A stretch of DNA of 64,000 nt from Rhina ancylostomus (taxonomy: Eukaryota): NCBI GenBank assembly GCA_030265395.1, contig JARFYF010000084.1:82422254-82486253 (forward strand). Reading direction: 5' to 3'. Shown in pieces: positions 23,353 through 35,300 of the stretch. Under the pieces are notes generated by a model. The model was not told where the DNA came from, made no database searches, and saw only the letters and a program-made list of their open reading frames with translations. The number at the start of each line of letters is the position of its first letter. The stretch's first letter is position 1. Made by a program: the position numbers and the translations under genes.

Positions 23353-24821
23353 TTGATATATGATAGTGAAAGGAGTGCATTTTATTTCCAATGACTCTAT
23401 GATCTTTTTCTCCCAGGCTGTTTNNNNNNNNNNNNNNNNNNNNNNNNNNNNNNNNNNNNNNNNNNNNNNNNNNNNNNNNNNNNNNNNNNNNNNNNNNNNN
23501 NNNNNNNNNNNNNNNNNNNNNNNNNNNNNNNNNNNNNNNNNNNNNNNNNNNNNNNNNNNNNNNNNNNNNNNNNNNNNNNNNNNNNNNNNNNNNNNNNNNN
23601 NNNNNNNNNNNNNNNNNNNNNNNNNNNNNNNNNNNNNNNNNNNNNNNNNNNNNNNNNNNNNNNNNNNNNNNNNNNNNNNNNNNNNNNNNNNNNNNNNNNN
23701 NNNNNNNNNNNNNNNNNNNNNNNNNNNNNNNNNNNNNNNNNNNNNNNNNNNNNNNNNNNNNNNNNNNNNNNNNNNNNNNNNNNNNNNNNNNNNNNNNNNN
23801 NNNNNNNNNNNNNNNNNNNNNNNNNNNNNNNNNNNNNNNNNNNNNNNNNNNNNNNNNNNNNNNNNNNNNNNNNNNNNNNNNNNNNNNNNNNNNNNNNNNN
23901 NNNNNNNNNNNNNNNNNNNNNNNNNNNNNNNNNNNNNNNNNNNNNNNNNNNNNNNNNNNNNNNNNNNNNNNNNNNNNNNNNNNNNNNNNNNNNNNNNNNN
24001 NNNNNNNNNNNNNNNACCCTCTGAGTGAAGAAATTTCTCATTATTTCAGTCCCAAAAGGAATAGCCCTTCTTCTGAGGCATTGACCTTCAGTTCATGACT
24101 TTTTAGCCAGGGTAATTAGCCTCCCACTTCCACCATGTTGAACCCCTGAAGAATTTTCTATGTCTCAGTGAAGTCATGGCTTATTCTCCTAAGCTCAAGA
24201 GGCCTAACCATCTCTCCTGTTATGTCAGATCTGTCATCCCAGGAAGTAGTTTGGTGAATCCTCATTGCACTGCTCCTATAATAACTACACTTTATTTAAG
24301 GTAAGGAAATCAAGATTGTACACAGTTCTCCAGGAGTTGCCTCCCGAGGCCGTGTATAGTTCCAGTATAGCATCTTTATCCTTGTACTCCAATTCCAATG
24401 AAGGCCAGCCTTCCATTTGACTTCATAATTGCCTCCTGCATCTGAATGTTAGCTTTCAGTGACTTGTGTACAAGAGCACACAGACTCCTCTGAACATCAA
24501 CCTTTCCCAATCTCTCACCGTTAAAAAAATTACTCAGCATTTCTGTTTTTGTTTTCCAAAGTGGATAACCTCTTATATTTCCACATTGGACTCCATCTGC
24601 TGTGTTGTTCACTCACTCAATTTGTCCATATCTCCTTGAATCCTCACCACTACTCACGTTCCCAGGTGGTTTTGTATTGTTAGCAAAATTGGACGTATTA
24701 CATTTGGTGCCCTTAGCCAAATTGTTCACAGAGATTGTGAATAGTTGGGGATCAACGCTGATCCATGTAGTATCTCACTATCACAACTTACTGACCTAAG
24801 AATGGCCCGTTTATTCTGACT

Positions 24822-24922
24822 GTCCATTTCCCTCTACAGATGCTGCCTGACTTGCTGAGTTCCTCTCAGTTTGTTTTTATTTTACTTCATTTTCCAGCAT
24901 CTGCAGACTCGTATTTCTCTAA
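24822..24922 (+). mobile_element. Penelope-associated short repeat lacking the ribozyme 5' part, inserted in a CR1 LINE with a 7-bp TSD
   Basis: (GACT)GTCCATTTCCCTCTACAGATGCTGCCTGACTTGCTGAGTTCC…TTCCAGCATCTGCAGACTC, flanked by TCTGACT at 24815-24821 and 24923-24929. Confidence 0.75.
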
Positions 24923-26012
24923 TCTGACTCTTTGTTTTCTATCTGTTAACTAAATCCCAATTCTACTCACTGTAACTTTGTTCACCAGCCTGTGTGGCAC
25001 TTCATTAAAAACCTTGTTAAAATTAAGTTACACCACATCCACTGATACCCTTCATTTACTCTACTAGGTTCATCTTCATAGAACTCCCAACAGATTAGTT
25101 GGACATAATTTCACTTTCATAAATTCATGTTGACTCTGCTCAACCATATTATTTTACAAGTATGTTGCTATTGTATTCTTCATTGTAGATTCCAATATTT
25201 TTTCTTCCACTGATGTCAAACTAACAGTTTCCTCAAGGTCACAATTGCTACCCTCCAATCTGCAGGAACCATGGGCAGATTATTGCAGATGATGTACTAT
25301 TTCTCTAAATGCTAGCCATTGCCTATCCACTATCATAACCACACTGCCATGTAGTTTCCCAATGTACCCCAGCCAATCTACCCCTCATACCTTCAGATAG
25401 AAAACCCTGGTGTCAAATTGAAATACATCACTTTTAAACTTCCTGTAAAATTCTGACATGTTAAGGTTTCCTGAACGTTCCGCCACAAGTTTTTTTTTCC
25501 TAAACCCTTTCTCATTGCATAGCACTAGATTTAAAATAGTCTATTTCCTAGTTGTTTCCTCAACACACCGATCTAGAAATTCTTCTTTTTCTAATTCCAT
25601 TAATTCATTGTTTACCTTGTTAGTACTAATTTGATTTGTCCAGTCTATGTGCAAATTAAAGATCCCCAAGTTTACTGTNNNNNNNNNNNNNAGTTTACTG
25701 TATGTCCTCTGTAATTTCATCATTTATACCAAGCCTTACATCACAACTGTTATTCACATGCCAATAAGCAACTCCATCTGATGCCCTGCTGCTTCTTCAC
25801 TCCACTAAACTGATTTTAATTGAGTACCGTGACCTGCTAAACCAAGATCCTTTCTAACTGCTGGGCTGATCTTATTCTGTAATGGAGCATTACCCTACCA
25901 CCTTTTCCTTTTTGACTGTTCTCCCTAAATGTAGAATACTCTGGAATATTTAGTTCCCAGCTTTGGTCTCTTGCAGCCACATTTTCCTAATGGCAATTGG
26001 ATGATACCCATC

Positions 26013-26066
26013 TACAAGTATTTGTCCCATAAATCCATTTACAAGTAGTTGTCCCATAAATTCATT
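26013..26066. repeat. 27-bp tandem duplication inside the CR1 relic
   Basis: TACAAGTA(T/G)TTGTCCCATAAAT(C/T)CATT x2. Confidence 0.85.
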
Positions 26067-27529
26067 CACCTTGGAGGCAACATGCCTTGAGTTTATCCTT
26101 TTAACACTACCTAGTACTCTGTTCCTGTTGCTGCTTGTTTTTCCTTTGCTACCTATTTAATTTGCACACTACATGTCTAACTTCTACTTTCAGCTTTGTT
26201 CCTCTCCCTTCTGACTCTCCTCTCAGCTTTCTATCCTCCTGACAGGTAATTTGGTCATTATTATATTGTTGTTTGTGAGATCAGCTGTTGGATACAAATT
26301 GGTTGCTGCAATTCGCAATCATAATATTGACAAATACACTTTTAAAATGAAAAAAGGAAACTTCATAAACTGTAAGTCATTTTGGGACAACCTGAGGTTC
26401 TTAAGTCATCATGTTGCTAAAGCGGCAGGGTTGGGGGCTGTTAATTGTGTAAAAGAGCTTATAGGGGGCACAGATGCTGAGTTGGAGATGTCTGAATGAG
26501 AATCAAAGCTGTGATATCAGGATAAGCAGAGGCATACACTCAGGTAATGGAACCCTCCATGCATCAGTAGGTTTGACTTTAACAAGTATTTTATTCCTGC
26601 CAGAGAATATTATCAATCTTGCAGTGCCTTTCATGGGAGTTTTCACATTGTGCAGGCTAGAATGAAAGTTTGAAAGGAAGAGAAATAATAGGAGGCTGCA
26701 CAATTGGACATAGGATCTGTAATCAGTGAAGCAAACACAATTGTTTGGCTGAGAAATGTTGGCAATTATCTGATATAGTTATTGTAAAGATGTTTATGAA
26801 GGATATCTCCGTGATGTTCTTTAACAATTTATACTTCATATGATCTTTGTATCACAGAGTGCATATGTTTCCTATTTTACACTACATTTGCGATTGTGTT
26901 CATGGATAAAATGTATCTTCATCCTGTTGGTTCTTACTGCCTTATGAGAGGATTGTTTGTGCTGGTCAATTGTCACTTAAAAAGTTGATGGATTGGCTTG
27001 AGTTTCTGAATCACTGATATAAAAATCTTAGTTCCCAATTAAACTTCTCATCCATATGTATAATTTGTCATGAGTTGCTGTTGCTTAAAGCTTCATGAGC
27101 TGTCTTTTGTGTGGATCTTTATCAAAGCTATTTCTGAAGTTAATTTTGTAACTTTTTCCAAAATTGTTTTTGTATATTGCTATTAATCGTGTCTTCTATT
27201 TACAAGTCAAACTCCCCTTTTTAGGCCCCCCCCCCCCAACCTCATAGATATGTGACTGGGAGGGTTGTGGAATGTTCTGAGGTAGCCACTGGTTTGCCTT
27301 GTAATCAGTTATTGGTTAAAATTCAAGAGTGGTCTGGAGGGATGTTTAATCTGGCTTTCTTGGCTTCCTGATTGAACAGCATGAATCTTCCTCCTCACTG
27401 AATGCCACAACAAAGATTTGTAATGAATTGCAAATCCACAATTTAATTTCCTATGACAAGGTACTAAAACACCCTGCACTGAACCTCTTGCATATTTTCT
27501 ATCATCTGAAAGAAAAAAGGCTAAATGGG

Positions 27530-27896
27530 TAGAAATCCAGACATTTCAGCACATAATCTCCATTGACTATCTGGCCTTCTTAACAAGTATTGCACTGTCA
27601 AAGATGCTGTCTTCAGGTGAGGTGTTAGGCCATAGACTAGTTGTGCCTCTGAAATGATGTAAAATATACCATGTCAATATTTCAAAAATCAGTGCGGTTA
27701 TCCTTGGTGTTCTGGCCATTATGTATCCTTCAGTCTGTGCCATCAATTTATCTTATCTAGTGCTGGCATAATGCTATTTGTGGGACTTTGCTACATGCAA
27801 GTTTGCTGTCATATTTCCCTGTATTGCAAAAACTACAGAGCTGTTCTTTACTATGAAGCAGTTCAGGGCATTCTGACATTGTAGGAAGTGCTATAT
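27530..27896 (+). mobile_element. Deu-domain SINE
   Basis: TGCACTGTCAAAGATGCTGTCTTCAGGTGAGGTGTTA…GGTGTTCTGGCCATTATGTATCCTTCA…TTTGTGGGACTTTGCTACATGCAAGTTTGCTG…GTGCTATAT. Confidence 0.7.
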
Positions 27897-29548
27897 TTTG
27901 TTTTGACTGTTTTACATTATCATGTCATTGGGAGAAAAAGAAATGCCTACAATGTTGAAGCAGTAATTAAGGACTCAGCTGCAGTTTAGGTTGACACGAT
28001 CCTGGGGATACCACTGAGTAAATACTGCTTCATTTTGTTACCCTATTGTTTGTCACCTTTTGGAGGTGCTTCAGCCAGCCAGGTTCTAGAATTAGGTTAG
28101 TTTGATTACATCACTCTACTGCCACATGCTTGTTCATTTCATCTGAAGTAGATTTTAAGATCTTATGCGCCTTGCAGTAATTTGTGTTAGGCATGGAATT
28201 CCCACTCTACTACAAGTTCTGCCATTTTTTAAAATAAATTAGATGTAGGACAGTTTGATTCATAAAACCTGTGTTGCTATGTGTTGTCTTCTTAGTATGC
28301 AAGGACCCTGATGCACCTTTGTAACTTTAGCCCACTTAGAGTTAACGCTGACCTCTGAAGATGGCCAATTTTATTGAAGCAAGACTTTTGAAAAGTAAAG
28401 CTGAGGTAGTTGGCAATTAAGAAGAATAAAGAAAATGATGAGAGTGAGAACAACGGGTGGTTCCATATCTGCAGATCCCAGGGATTTAAGTATGCAGGCA
28501 TTTCACTGCACAGCAAGATCTCACAAATGTCAATGCAATGAATAGCCAGTTAATGTGAATCTGACAGTGTCTGTTTGAGGCAGAAAGGCCTGGACATCAT
28601 TGAAACCCCACTGCTGCTCAACAAGTTGTGATAAGGAATATTTGCACTTACCTGGGAGGAGACTTTGTGTTATAAATGTTGAGCCCAGTCACAGGACCAG
28701 TAGCCAATGGATCTTCCCTGACTTCTTTGATAGTGATCACTTTATTTTTATCCTCTGGCAGAAGGGCTGATTTATTGTACCTCCAGTGAAACCTGCTCTC
28801 TCGGTTACATGTACATTGGTCAGTTTAGTATTCCAGTTAATCATGAGAAGAAGCTCTCCTTGTATTGAATAATGTAGAATGAGCAGTGCAGATATTGGTT
28901 ATTTGGTCCAAGTAAGCCATATCTTTCTTTATGCTCCACACATGCTTTTTCTCATCTTCATCTAATACTTCCAGAATAATCTTCCCCTTTTCTGTCCTAC
29001 CTTTAGTTTCCACTCAATTGTATTTATACTTTTCCTCTCAGTTACTCCACATGGTGGCAAGTTTCAGATTCCAACTAATTGCTGGGTATGGAACTCTCTC
29101 CTGAATTCCCTATTGGATTTATTTGTTATCCTGTATTGATCTCCCTAGAAGCGGAAGCATTTTCTCTACTTCCAAATCTAACCAATCTTTACATAATTTT
29201 AAAGACCTTATTAGGTCACCCCTCAATTTTGTCTTTCACAAAATCCATTGTAAATGAAAGGTAAACATATAATCATTGTAGCAATCAGGTGGTTAGAAAG
29301 CTACATGGCTAAATTACAACTTGTTACAGGTGTAAGAGCAGTTCTTGATGAATTGAGTTGTCAACTGATATTTTGTATGAGACACCTATTTCTACCAAAA
29401 ACTGCCCTATAAGCATGGTCCTGAATAAACAATGTATTCTTCAGTCAACTCCTTTGTTGTATTCCAAAATTGAGAGAAAATTGGGAATGGCTATGAAGCC
29501 ACTGGAAGGAAAAGTTTCAGTGAAGGAGACACAAGAGACTGCAGGTGC

Positions 29549-30167
29549 AATCCATGTCATTCACGAAGAGGCACGAGGGTTCTCTGGAACTTCTACAGAT
29601 GCACTATCGAGAGTATCCTGACAGGTTACCTTTCAGCCTGGTATGGAAACTGATCTGCTCTTGACCGACTGAACCTGTGGACAGTGGTTAACACAGCCCA
29701 GTCCACTATAGACTTATCACTCCTCCTATCCAGTCCATTTTCACAGTGTGCTGCTTTAGGAAGGCTAACAGTCTCGTCATAGATGACCACCACCCTGGCC
29801 ATTCCCTTTTCTCTATTCTACCTTCTGGGAGAAGATACAGGAGCTTGAAATCCCAGACTCCCATACTTAAGAACAGCTTCTTCCATCATTGCAATCAGGC
29901 TCCTGAACCAATCACCTCTTTCATATCCCCTTCCCAATGGTGCTACCACATCCTCTTAACTCTACCTTTCTCAGTTATTCTGCTATTGTCACTTTTGTAT
30001 CTTTTTTTGCACTACTTCAGCTTGCACAACAATCTGCACCATTCTGCTGTTTTGCACTCATCGTTGTACTTATTACCATGTATATTGCTTACTCTGTGAG
30101 CTTATGCAAACAAGAAATTTCATTGCACCCTGGTGTATATGACAATAAACTAATCTAATCGAATCCA
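29549..30167 (+). mobile_element. Rex1/Babar-clade LINE 3' end
   Basis: NFYRCTIESILT…; HPGHSLFSILPSGRRYRSLKSQTPILKNSFF; tail TGACAATAAACTAATCTAATC. Confidence 0.88.
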
Positions 30168-30314
30168 AGATGCTGGAATCTGGAACAAGAAAATAAACTG
30201 CTGGAGGAACTCGGGACTGATGCAAGATCTCGACCTGAAACATTGACTGCTCACTTCCCTCCACAGATGCTGCCTGATCCACCGAGTTCCCCCAGTAGTT
30301 TATTTTTTGCTCAG
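30166..30314. mobile_element. Fold-back Penelope-associated repeat with a central hammerhead-like motif (its left end, 29526-29548, is displaced by a Rex1 insertion)
   Basis: Arms 30190-30214 and 30282-30306 are 23/25 reverse complements. Centre reads CTGATGc-aagatc-tc-gacct-GAAA-c-att-gactg (30217-30249). Confidence 0.75.
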
Positions 30315-31137
30315 GGAAGGAGGTGATGGAATTGAATTGAGGCAGGTGAAATTGCATTTGTTCATTCATGTTGATAGAAGTGAAATGTTTGAACTAGTCA
30401 CCAGCTTCAATGCCCAGCTTCATCACGTGGTTGTAATCATCTGAAGTACACATTACTGCTTGGCCACAATGTGAGAGCTGCTAAGGACAGAGATTATTGA
30501 TGAGTGTTTTTGTTTCAGTAAAAGCACCATTCATTCTTGTATGAGGAAATTAAGTAATACAATTCGCATTCATCTTGGAGTTTGTAAGATGTTTGCACCT
30601 CAGACCTGAGTGGAATTAGTTACTGAAAAATGTGTGACCAGAATTACTTATTGCAGATTTATATTTTAAGCATTTTCATTAACTCTGCTAACAATAATGG
30701 CTTGTGTGTTTTGGCACCTTTTAATATTAGCATTGATTCAGGGCTTCTTCTGTGCTCTTGACATACCTACACAGATTATCAGTGTACATACAAGTGACCT
30801 CAGTCCCTGTGAAACACTCACTTGGAGATTTCTGTGTGAAATTGAACAAAGTATCTGGACACTCAGCATGGATCATTCATAGAACGGCAGATCTTAATAA
30901 CAGGGTTTGTCCTGTACCTGATCTATTTGAAGGGACCATCAATCATTTGCAGATTTTTTAGGAAGTCCGTTGCAGTTCAGCATACTTCGGAAGCCAATGG
31001 ATAATACTCTTCACTTGAGTGTGGGTTGTCACTGTACTTGTTTACCCCTTTACCTCCTGAAAACTGGTGTTTTAATGTTGTTCTCACTGGTCCTACATCA
31101 GGGCGGGAAGACATGAAGGCAAGGCTCTTTCACCAGA

Positions 31138-31660
31138 ATGGGAGAAATTGGGGGAAGAAGGACTTTAGCTGGTGGAGCTTATCCCTTGATAGACCTCCAA
31201 GCCCCACCGTTTCAGCTCTCTAAACTGCAATGTATCAGGCAGTTAAGATGTTCAAAGATGCAAGGCGATAAAGATCAGTCACTTTGTGTAGGTGGAGCTT
31301 CTGCCTTCATCCATGCTTGGAGCACCCTACCTCTAGACGTCACTGTCACCCTGATCTTCTTAGCATCTATGTCATTCCAGGTGGCAGTGACTGATGTATG
31401 CAACGTTTTGTAGTCTACAGTCTGATGTGGAATATCATGTGTGCTTTTTGAAAGGAGAGTGTAATTCATTGGAAAGCTGTAGTTATCATGGTCAGATGGC
31501 TTTCCAAAGGTTCTGTGATTGGTGCCCTGCATGCATGGTGATCTGGGCTTCCAATGTAAACCCATTACAACACTGAAGTTCCTGATGTGGCACTAGCCAT
31601 CACTGTCACACTGGAAAGAGTAGTTTCCATACTCAGCAAGAATTGTTCATGGTGGAAGCT
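31138..31660 (+). pseudogene. PIF/Harbinger (HARBI1-like) DDE transposase fossil
   Basis: LSKLQCIRQLR (cf. LSEEQCxRRLRF); LPLDVTVTLIFLASMSFQVAVTDVCNV (cf. LPVAVKVTxALNFFASGSFQxxxGDxCxISQ); GFPKV at 31498 (cf. GFPxVxGAIDCTH). Stops and frameshifts throughout. Confidence 0.7.
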
Positions 31661-32084
31661 AGACTCCCTCAGGCTCCTAGACATCCAACAGAAGCTTTGC
31701 CTTGACAAAGCCCTCAATTAATTCTTGTAGAGCTGGCCTGGCACAACATCATTTTCCAGTGTGCAACCTTTCCCTCTGGCCTGTTTGCAGGCCAGTTGTG
31801 CTTAGTGTCAAGCTACATCTAGCTCCTGCCTCTAAACTAACCTTTGCAGTCTATAAGGTGCTGGGATCCCAGGATTTCTGCCGCTGCAGCTACTATTTGT
31901 CGGAGTCCTTCTGCAAAAGAGAAGGAAGAAAGTTAGTGCATGTGGTTGGGTACTTGTTAGTCAGTGGTGTGTATGATTCATTTCAGAGCACTAAAACATG
32001 CTAGTGTATTACAACGCTAGCATTTATAATGGTTGATGGATTAAGCTTCTTGCAGCACTGACTATTGTACTGCAGGATGAACTA

Positions 32085-32234
32085 TTGGCGTTTCTCTCTC
32101 TGACCTCTTTCATGTTTCTCTTCATCTTGGCTCTCTTGCATACAGAACATTCATCCAGTGGTCAGCAGTGTCAACCAGGATGTCAAGGTCAGCATCAGAG
32201 AATCAGGACCTGACTTCTGTTTGTGTGCTGCCAT
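32085..32234 (-). pseudogene. Harbinger Myb/SANT-like DNA-binding gene fossil, convergent with the transposase
   Basis: ATG at 32234. After a frameshift it reads FSDADLDILVDTADHWMNVLYAR, resembling the (P)RFSDxxLExLxxxVxxxxxVL N-terminus of NAIF1/MSANTD-type proteins. Confidence 0.6.
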
Positions 32235-32347
32235 TCTTGTCAGAATTGTTCTCAAGCTGCACGCTGACTTCCAGAAATGGTTAAATTCAGTNNNNNNNNN
32301 NNNNNNNNNNNNNNNNNNNNNNNNNNNNNNNNNNNNNNNNNNNNNNN

Positions 32348-32670
32348 ATTGCTGTCAAGGCCAGGATTAATTATCTATCCCCATGCACTGACTGGCTGGC
32401 CAGGCCATTTAAGAGTTAACCACATTAGTGGGTCTGGAGTTACATTTAGACCTAACCTAATCAGGATGGCAGATTTTCTCCCTTGAAAGACATTAGACAT
32501 TAGTGAGCCAGATGGGTTTTTAGCAACATTTGGTGGCTTATATAAAAAATCAGATTATTAGCTAAATTTAAATTTCACAGCAGCCATGATGGGATTTGAA
32601 CTCTGGTCTCTGGGTTGTTGACCTGGACCTCTAGGTTGCAAGTGCAGTAAGTAAGTACCTTGCACCATCA
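32348..32670 (-). mobile_element. tRNA-derived SINE sharing its 3' end with the second LINE family (another copy at about 21480-21755)
   Basis: B-box-like GGGATTTGAAC (GTTCAAATCCC on minus). Body AAGAGTTAACCACATT…GGTCTGGAGTTACAT…GGCAGATTTTCTCCCTTGAAAGAC…CCAGATGGGTTTT is shared with 21520-21610. Confidence 0.65.
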
Positions 32671-33589
32671 TAATTAGACATTAGTTTGTGCTGGTTAATT
32701 TCATCAGGTGTGCAGTAGTGATTAAATTATTTGTGCTTGTGACTAGATAATGAAAAAGTAAATTCGATTGGAGTTTCCAAATTGCATGTACCTTTGTGCA
32801 AAATCACAAACTCCCTTCACCGTAGTGGGATGAGTCCCAAATGCAGTGCCATTTTGAGTGTATGTTTTTGAGTTAGTGAACTTATCCTAAGATATTTCGA
32901 CATCCTTCACAGTGCAACACCCTCTGCAGGGGATCTGTGGTGTATCTGAACAGACAAAGGAACTGTATCTCTTCAACCAAGGTGTGCAGAGTCCAAAGCA
33001 GGGAGTGTAAATTAGAATATTTAATTCATTGTAACATCATATATCCAAAGCAAAATAAGGAAAAGGGATTTAGGAGAGAGAGAAAAAAATACCAGAAAGA
33101 TTGTGCTTGTTTAAATATCCATTGATAATGTGATTCTGGACTCAATATAAAAATTAGATTTTTGGGATTTCAGGTTTTTTTGGCAACAGGAAAAGAATCA
33201 TACATTGTTTAAAAACCTCAAACTTGAGTGTCCAAGCCTAAATTTATTTTCATATTCAGTAGGCACCTAGTTGGCCATTACTTCAGCTTCATAGAATTTA
33301 AAGTGTGGTTATAGCATTGAAGGTCCATGCTGACGCTCTACCAGGGCAGCTCACTGTTTCCATCCTCAGTTGCCTGGCAATTTTCCATTGTCCTGTATTT
33401 ATCAAATTCCCTTTTGAAGGTCACAATGAAACCCATCTCCAACACATCTGCAGGCAGTGTATTCCAGATTCCAACCAATCAATGTCTTCATTTTATCAAG
33501 TTACTGACGTGGCATTGTCTGTGAAAGAACAGTGAAAATGAGACAAGAATGGTTTACACAGCTAAATTCAGGCTCCAGAAGTTGGTTTT

Positions 33590-33855
33590 CAGTGTATTTG
33601 ATGAAAATTGTGAAACTGTTTCCATGACAGAGGGGTCAGTAAACAAAGGATATAGATTTAAGGTAATTGGCAAAAGAGCTGGGTTGTTCCATTTGAAAGT
33701 TACTTTTAAATGTGAACTAGATTTATACTTGGAAGGGAAGAAATTACCAATTTATGTGGAAGAAACATAAAAGTAGGACTAATTGGATAGCTTTTTCAAA
33801 GAACTGGCAAGAGATGATGGGCTAAAAATGGTTCCCCTGTGCTGTACCATTCTGT
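33590..33855 (+). mobile_element. Decayed CR1 3' end
   Basis: GGGTCAGTAAACAAAGGATATAGATTTAAGGTAATTGGCAAAAGA…GATGATGGGCTAAAAATGG…CTGTGCTGTACCATTCTG. Confidence 0.7.
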
Positions 33856-34474
33856 CAACAACTTAGCACTGTGATTTTGATGCAAGATTCTGTAAATAGT
33901 AAAGCATATGAAAATATAGCAATCATATGACAATCCTAAATGCTTTTCAGCTCATGGTACTTCTGGTTGTTTAGGGTATGCAACCAGAATCTTTAGTATT
34001 TGCAATTAATGACTAATTTGGACCACAGATTTCTGTGCTGACGTACTACATGCAGCAAAAAAGCAGGAATTCAGCCCAATCCACCTTAAAGCCTATTCCA
34101 CTGCGTCCCCTCAGCAAATGCCTTTCTCCCGCATGGCTGACTAGCTTCTTCTTAGATTTTTCTGTTCAACTACTCATGCTGGAGTGTTTCAAACTATTGC
34201 ATTTCACTGTTTGATTGGTTCTGGTAAATTTCTTTTTATTTTCTTACAGTAAATCAGTATCTTAAGTGTACACACTGAAATTGTCTGGAGACCACAAACC
34301 TTGGTGTACCTAATAAAAGTAATAGCCAGTGTAGAAAAAGTTGCACTACCCATTCAGGAATTAAACTATATTGGAGAGAACTCTGCCACCTGTGCCCTTA
34401 AGTGGCATTTTAACAATTTGGACCATTGAGATTTAGGCCATGTTAATCAGAGGCTTTACTGTTGTAATCCATTT

Positions 34475-35300
34475 GGAGTCATAAAGCAATACAGTATAGA
34501 TACAGGCTTTTTGACCCAACCAGTCCCATGCTCACCCAGATAGTCCCAAATTCCTGCATTTGGCCCATATCCCTCTAAGCACCACCCCTCCATATACCTA
34601 TCCAAGTGCTTCTTTAGTGATATTATTGTACCTACTTCAACCACTTCCTCTGGCAGCTCATTCCATATTCTCACCATCCTCTGCTTGGTAAAGTTGCCCC
34701 TCAGGTCCCTTTTAAATCTTTCACCTCCCATTCTAACCCTATGGCCCCTAGTTTTGGACTTCCTTAGCCTGGGGATAAGATTGTTATCATCCACTTTATC
34801 TATGCTTCTCATAATTATAAACACTTCTATAATGCTGCCCCTCATTCTCTTGTATTGCAAGGAATAAACACCTAGCATGGCGAACCGTTCCTGATAACTT
34901 AGGCCCTGTCATCCTGGCAACACCCTTGTAAATCTTTTCTGCACGGTTTCCAGCTTAACCAAGTCTTTCCTATTACAGGGTGACCAAAACTGTACACTAC
35001 TCCAAGTGCGGCCTCACCAGTGACTTGTACAATTGCAGCATATGTCCCAACTCCTGTACTCAATGACCTGACTAATGAAGGCCAGCATGCTAAACCCCTT
35101 TTTCACCACCCTGTCTACCTGTGATGCCGCTTTCAACGAACTATGCACTTGAATTCCTATGTCTCTCTATTTCATTACACTCCCCATGTCCTACCATTCA
35201 TAGTACAAGTCCTATGGTGGTTTGACTTTCCAAAATGCATCACCTCGTACATCTGTATTGAAATGCATTTGCCACTCTGTTGTCCCTGGACTCTTGATAT
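34475..35300 (-). mobile_element. CR1 LINE 3' portion
   Basis: LGVYSLQYKRMRGSIIEVF…KTRGHRVRMGGERFKRDLRGNF…RIWNELPEEVVE. Confidence 0.9.

Larger units (their letters stand above)
24016..26245 (-). mobile_element. CR1-clade LINE, decayed and internally deleted ORF2 from the APE domain to the RT C-terminus
   Basis: Minus-strand GIFNLHIDWTNQ…FLDRCVEETTRK (APE); TTCCCAGCTTTGGTCTCTTGCAGCCAC (WLQ..WEL motif reversed); RT C-terminal motifs near 24376-24612. Confidence 0.85.

Noticed and set aside
23385-23423. Acceptor-like TTTTTCTCCCAG|GCTGTTT just before a 592-N gap, considered as the start of CTNND2 exon 4
   Set aside because: In phase 2 it would read R-L-F, not S-S-A-E-E. It cannot be evaluated further because of the gap.
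23360-24041. Long ORFs of 185-247 aa in the track (also around 49091-49881)
   Set aside because: They consist almost entirely of X from N runs.
25669-25701. Direct repeat AGTTTACTGT on both sides of a 13-N gap (similarly AATCTC around 49334-49824)
   Set aside because: Most likely a contig-overlap assembly artefact, not a TSD.
33500-33535. Peptide …VALSVKEQ, resembling the end of CTNND2 exon 2 (AILASVKEQ)
   Set aside because: It lies downstream of exon 3, is followed by a stop rather than an in-phase GT donor, has no upstream similarity, and sits between CR1 fragments. Chance match.
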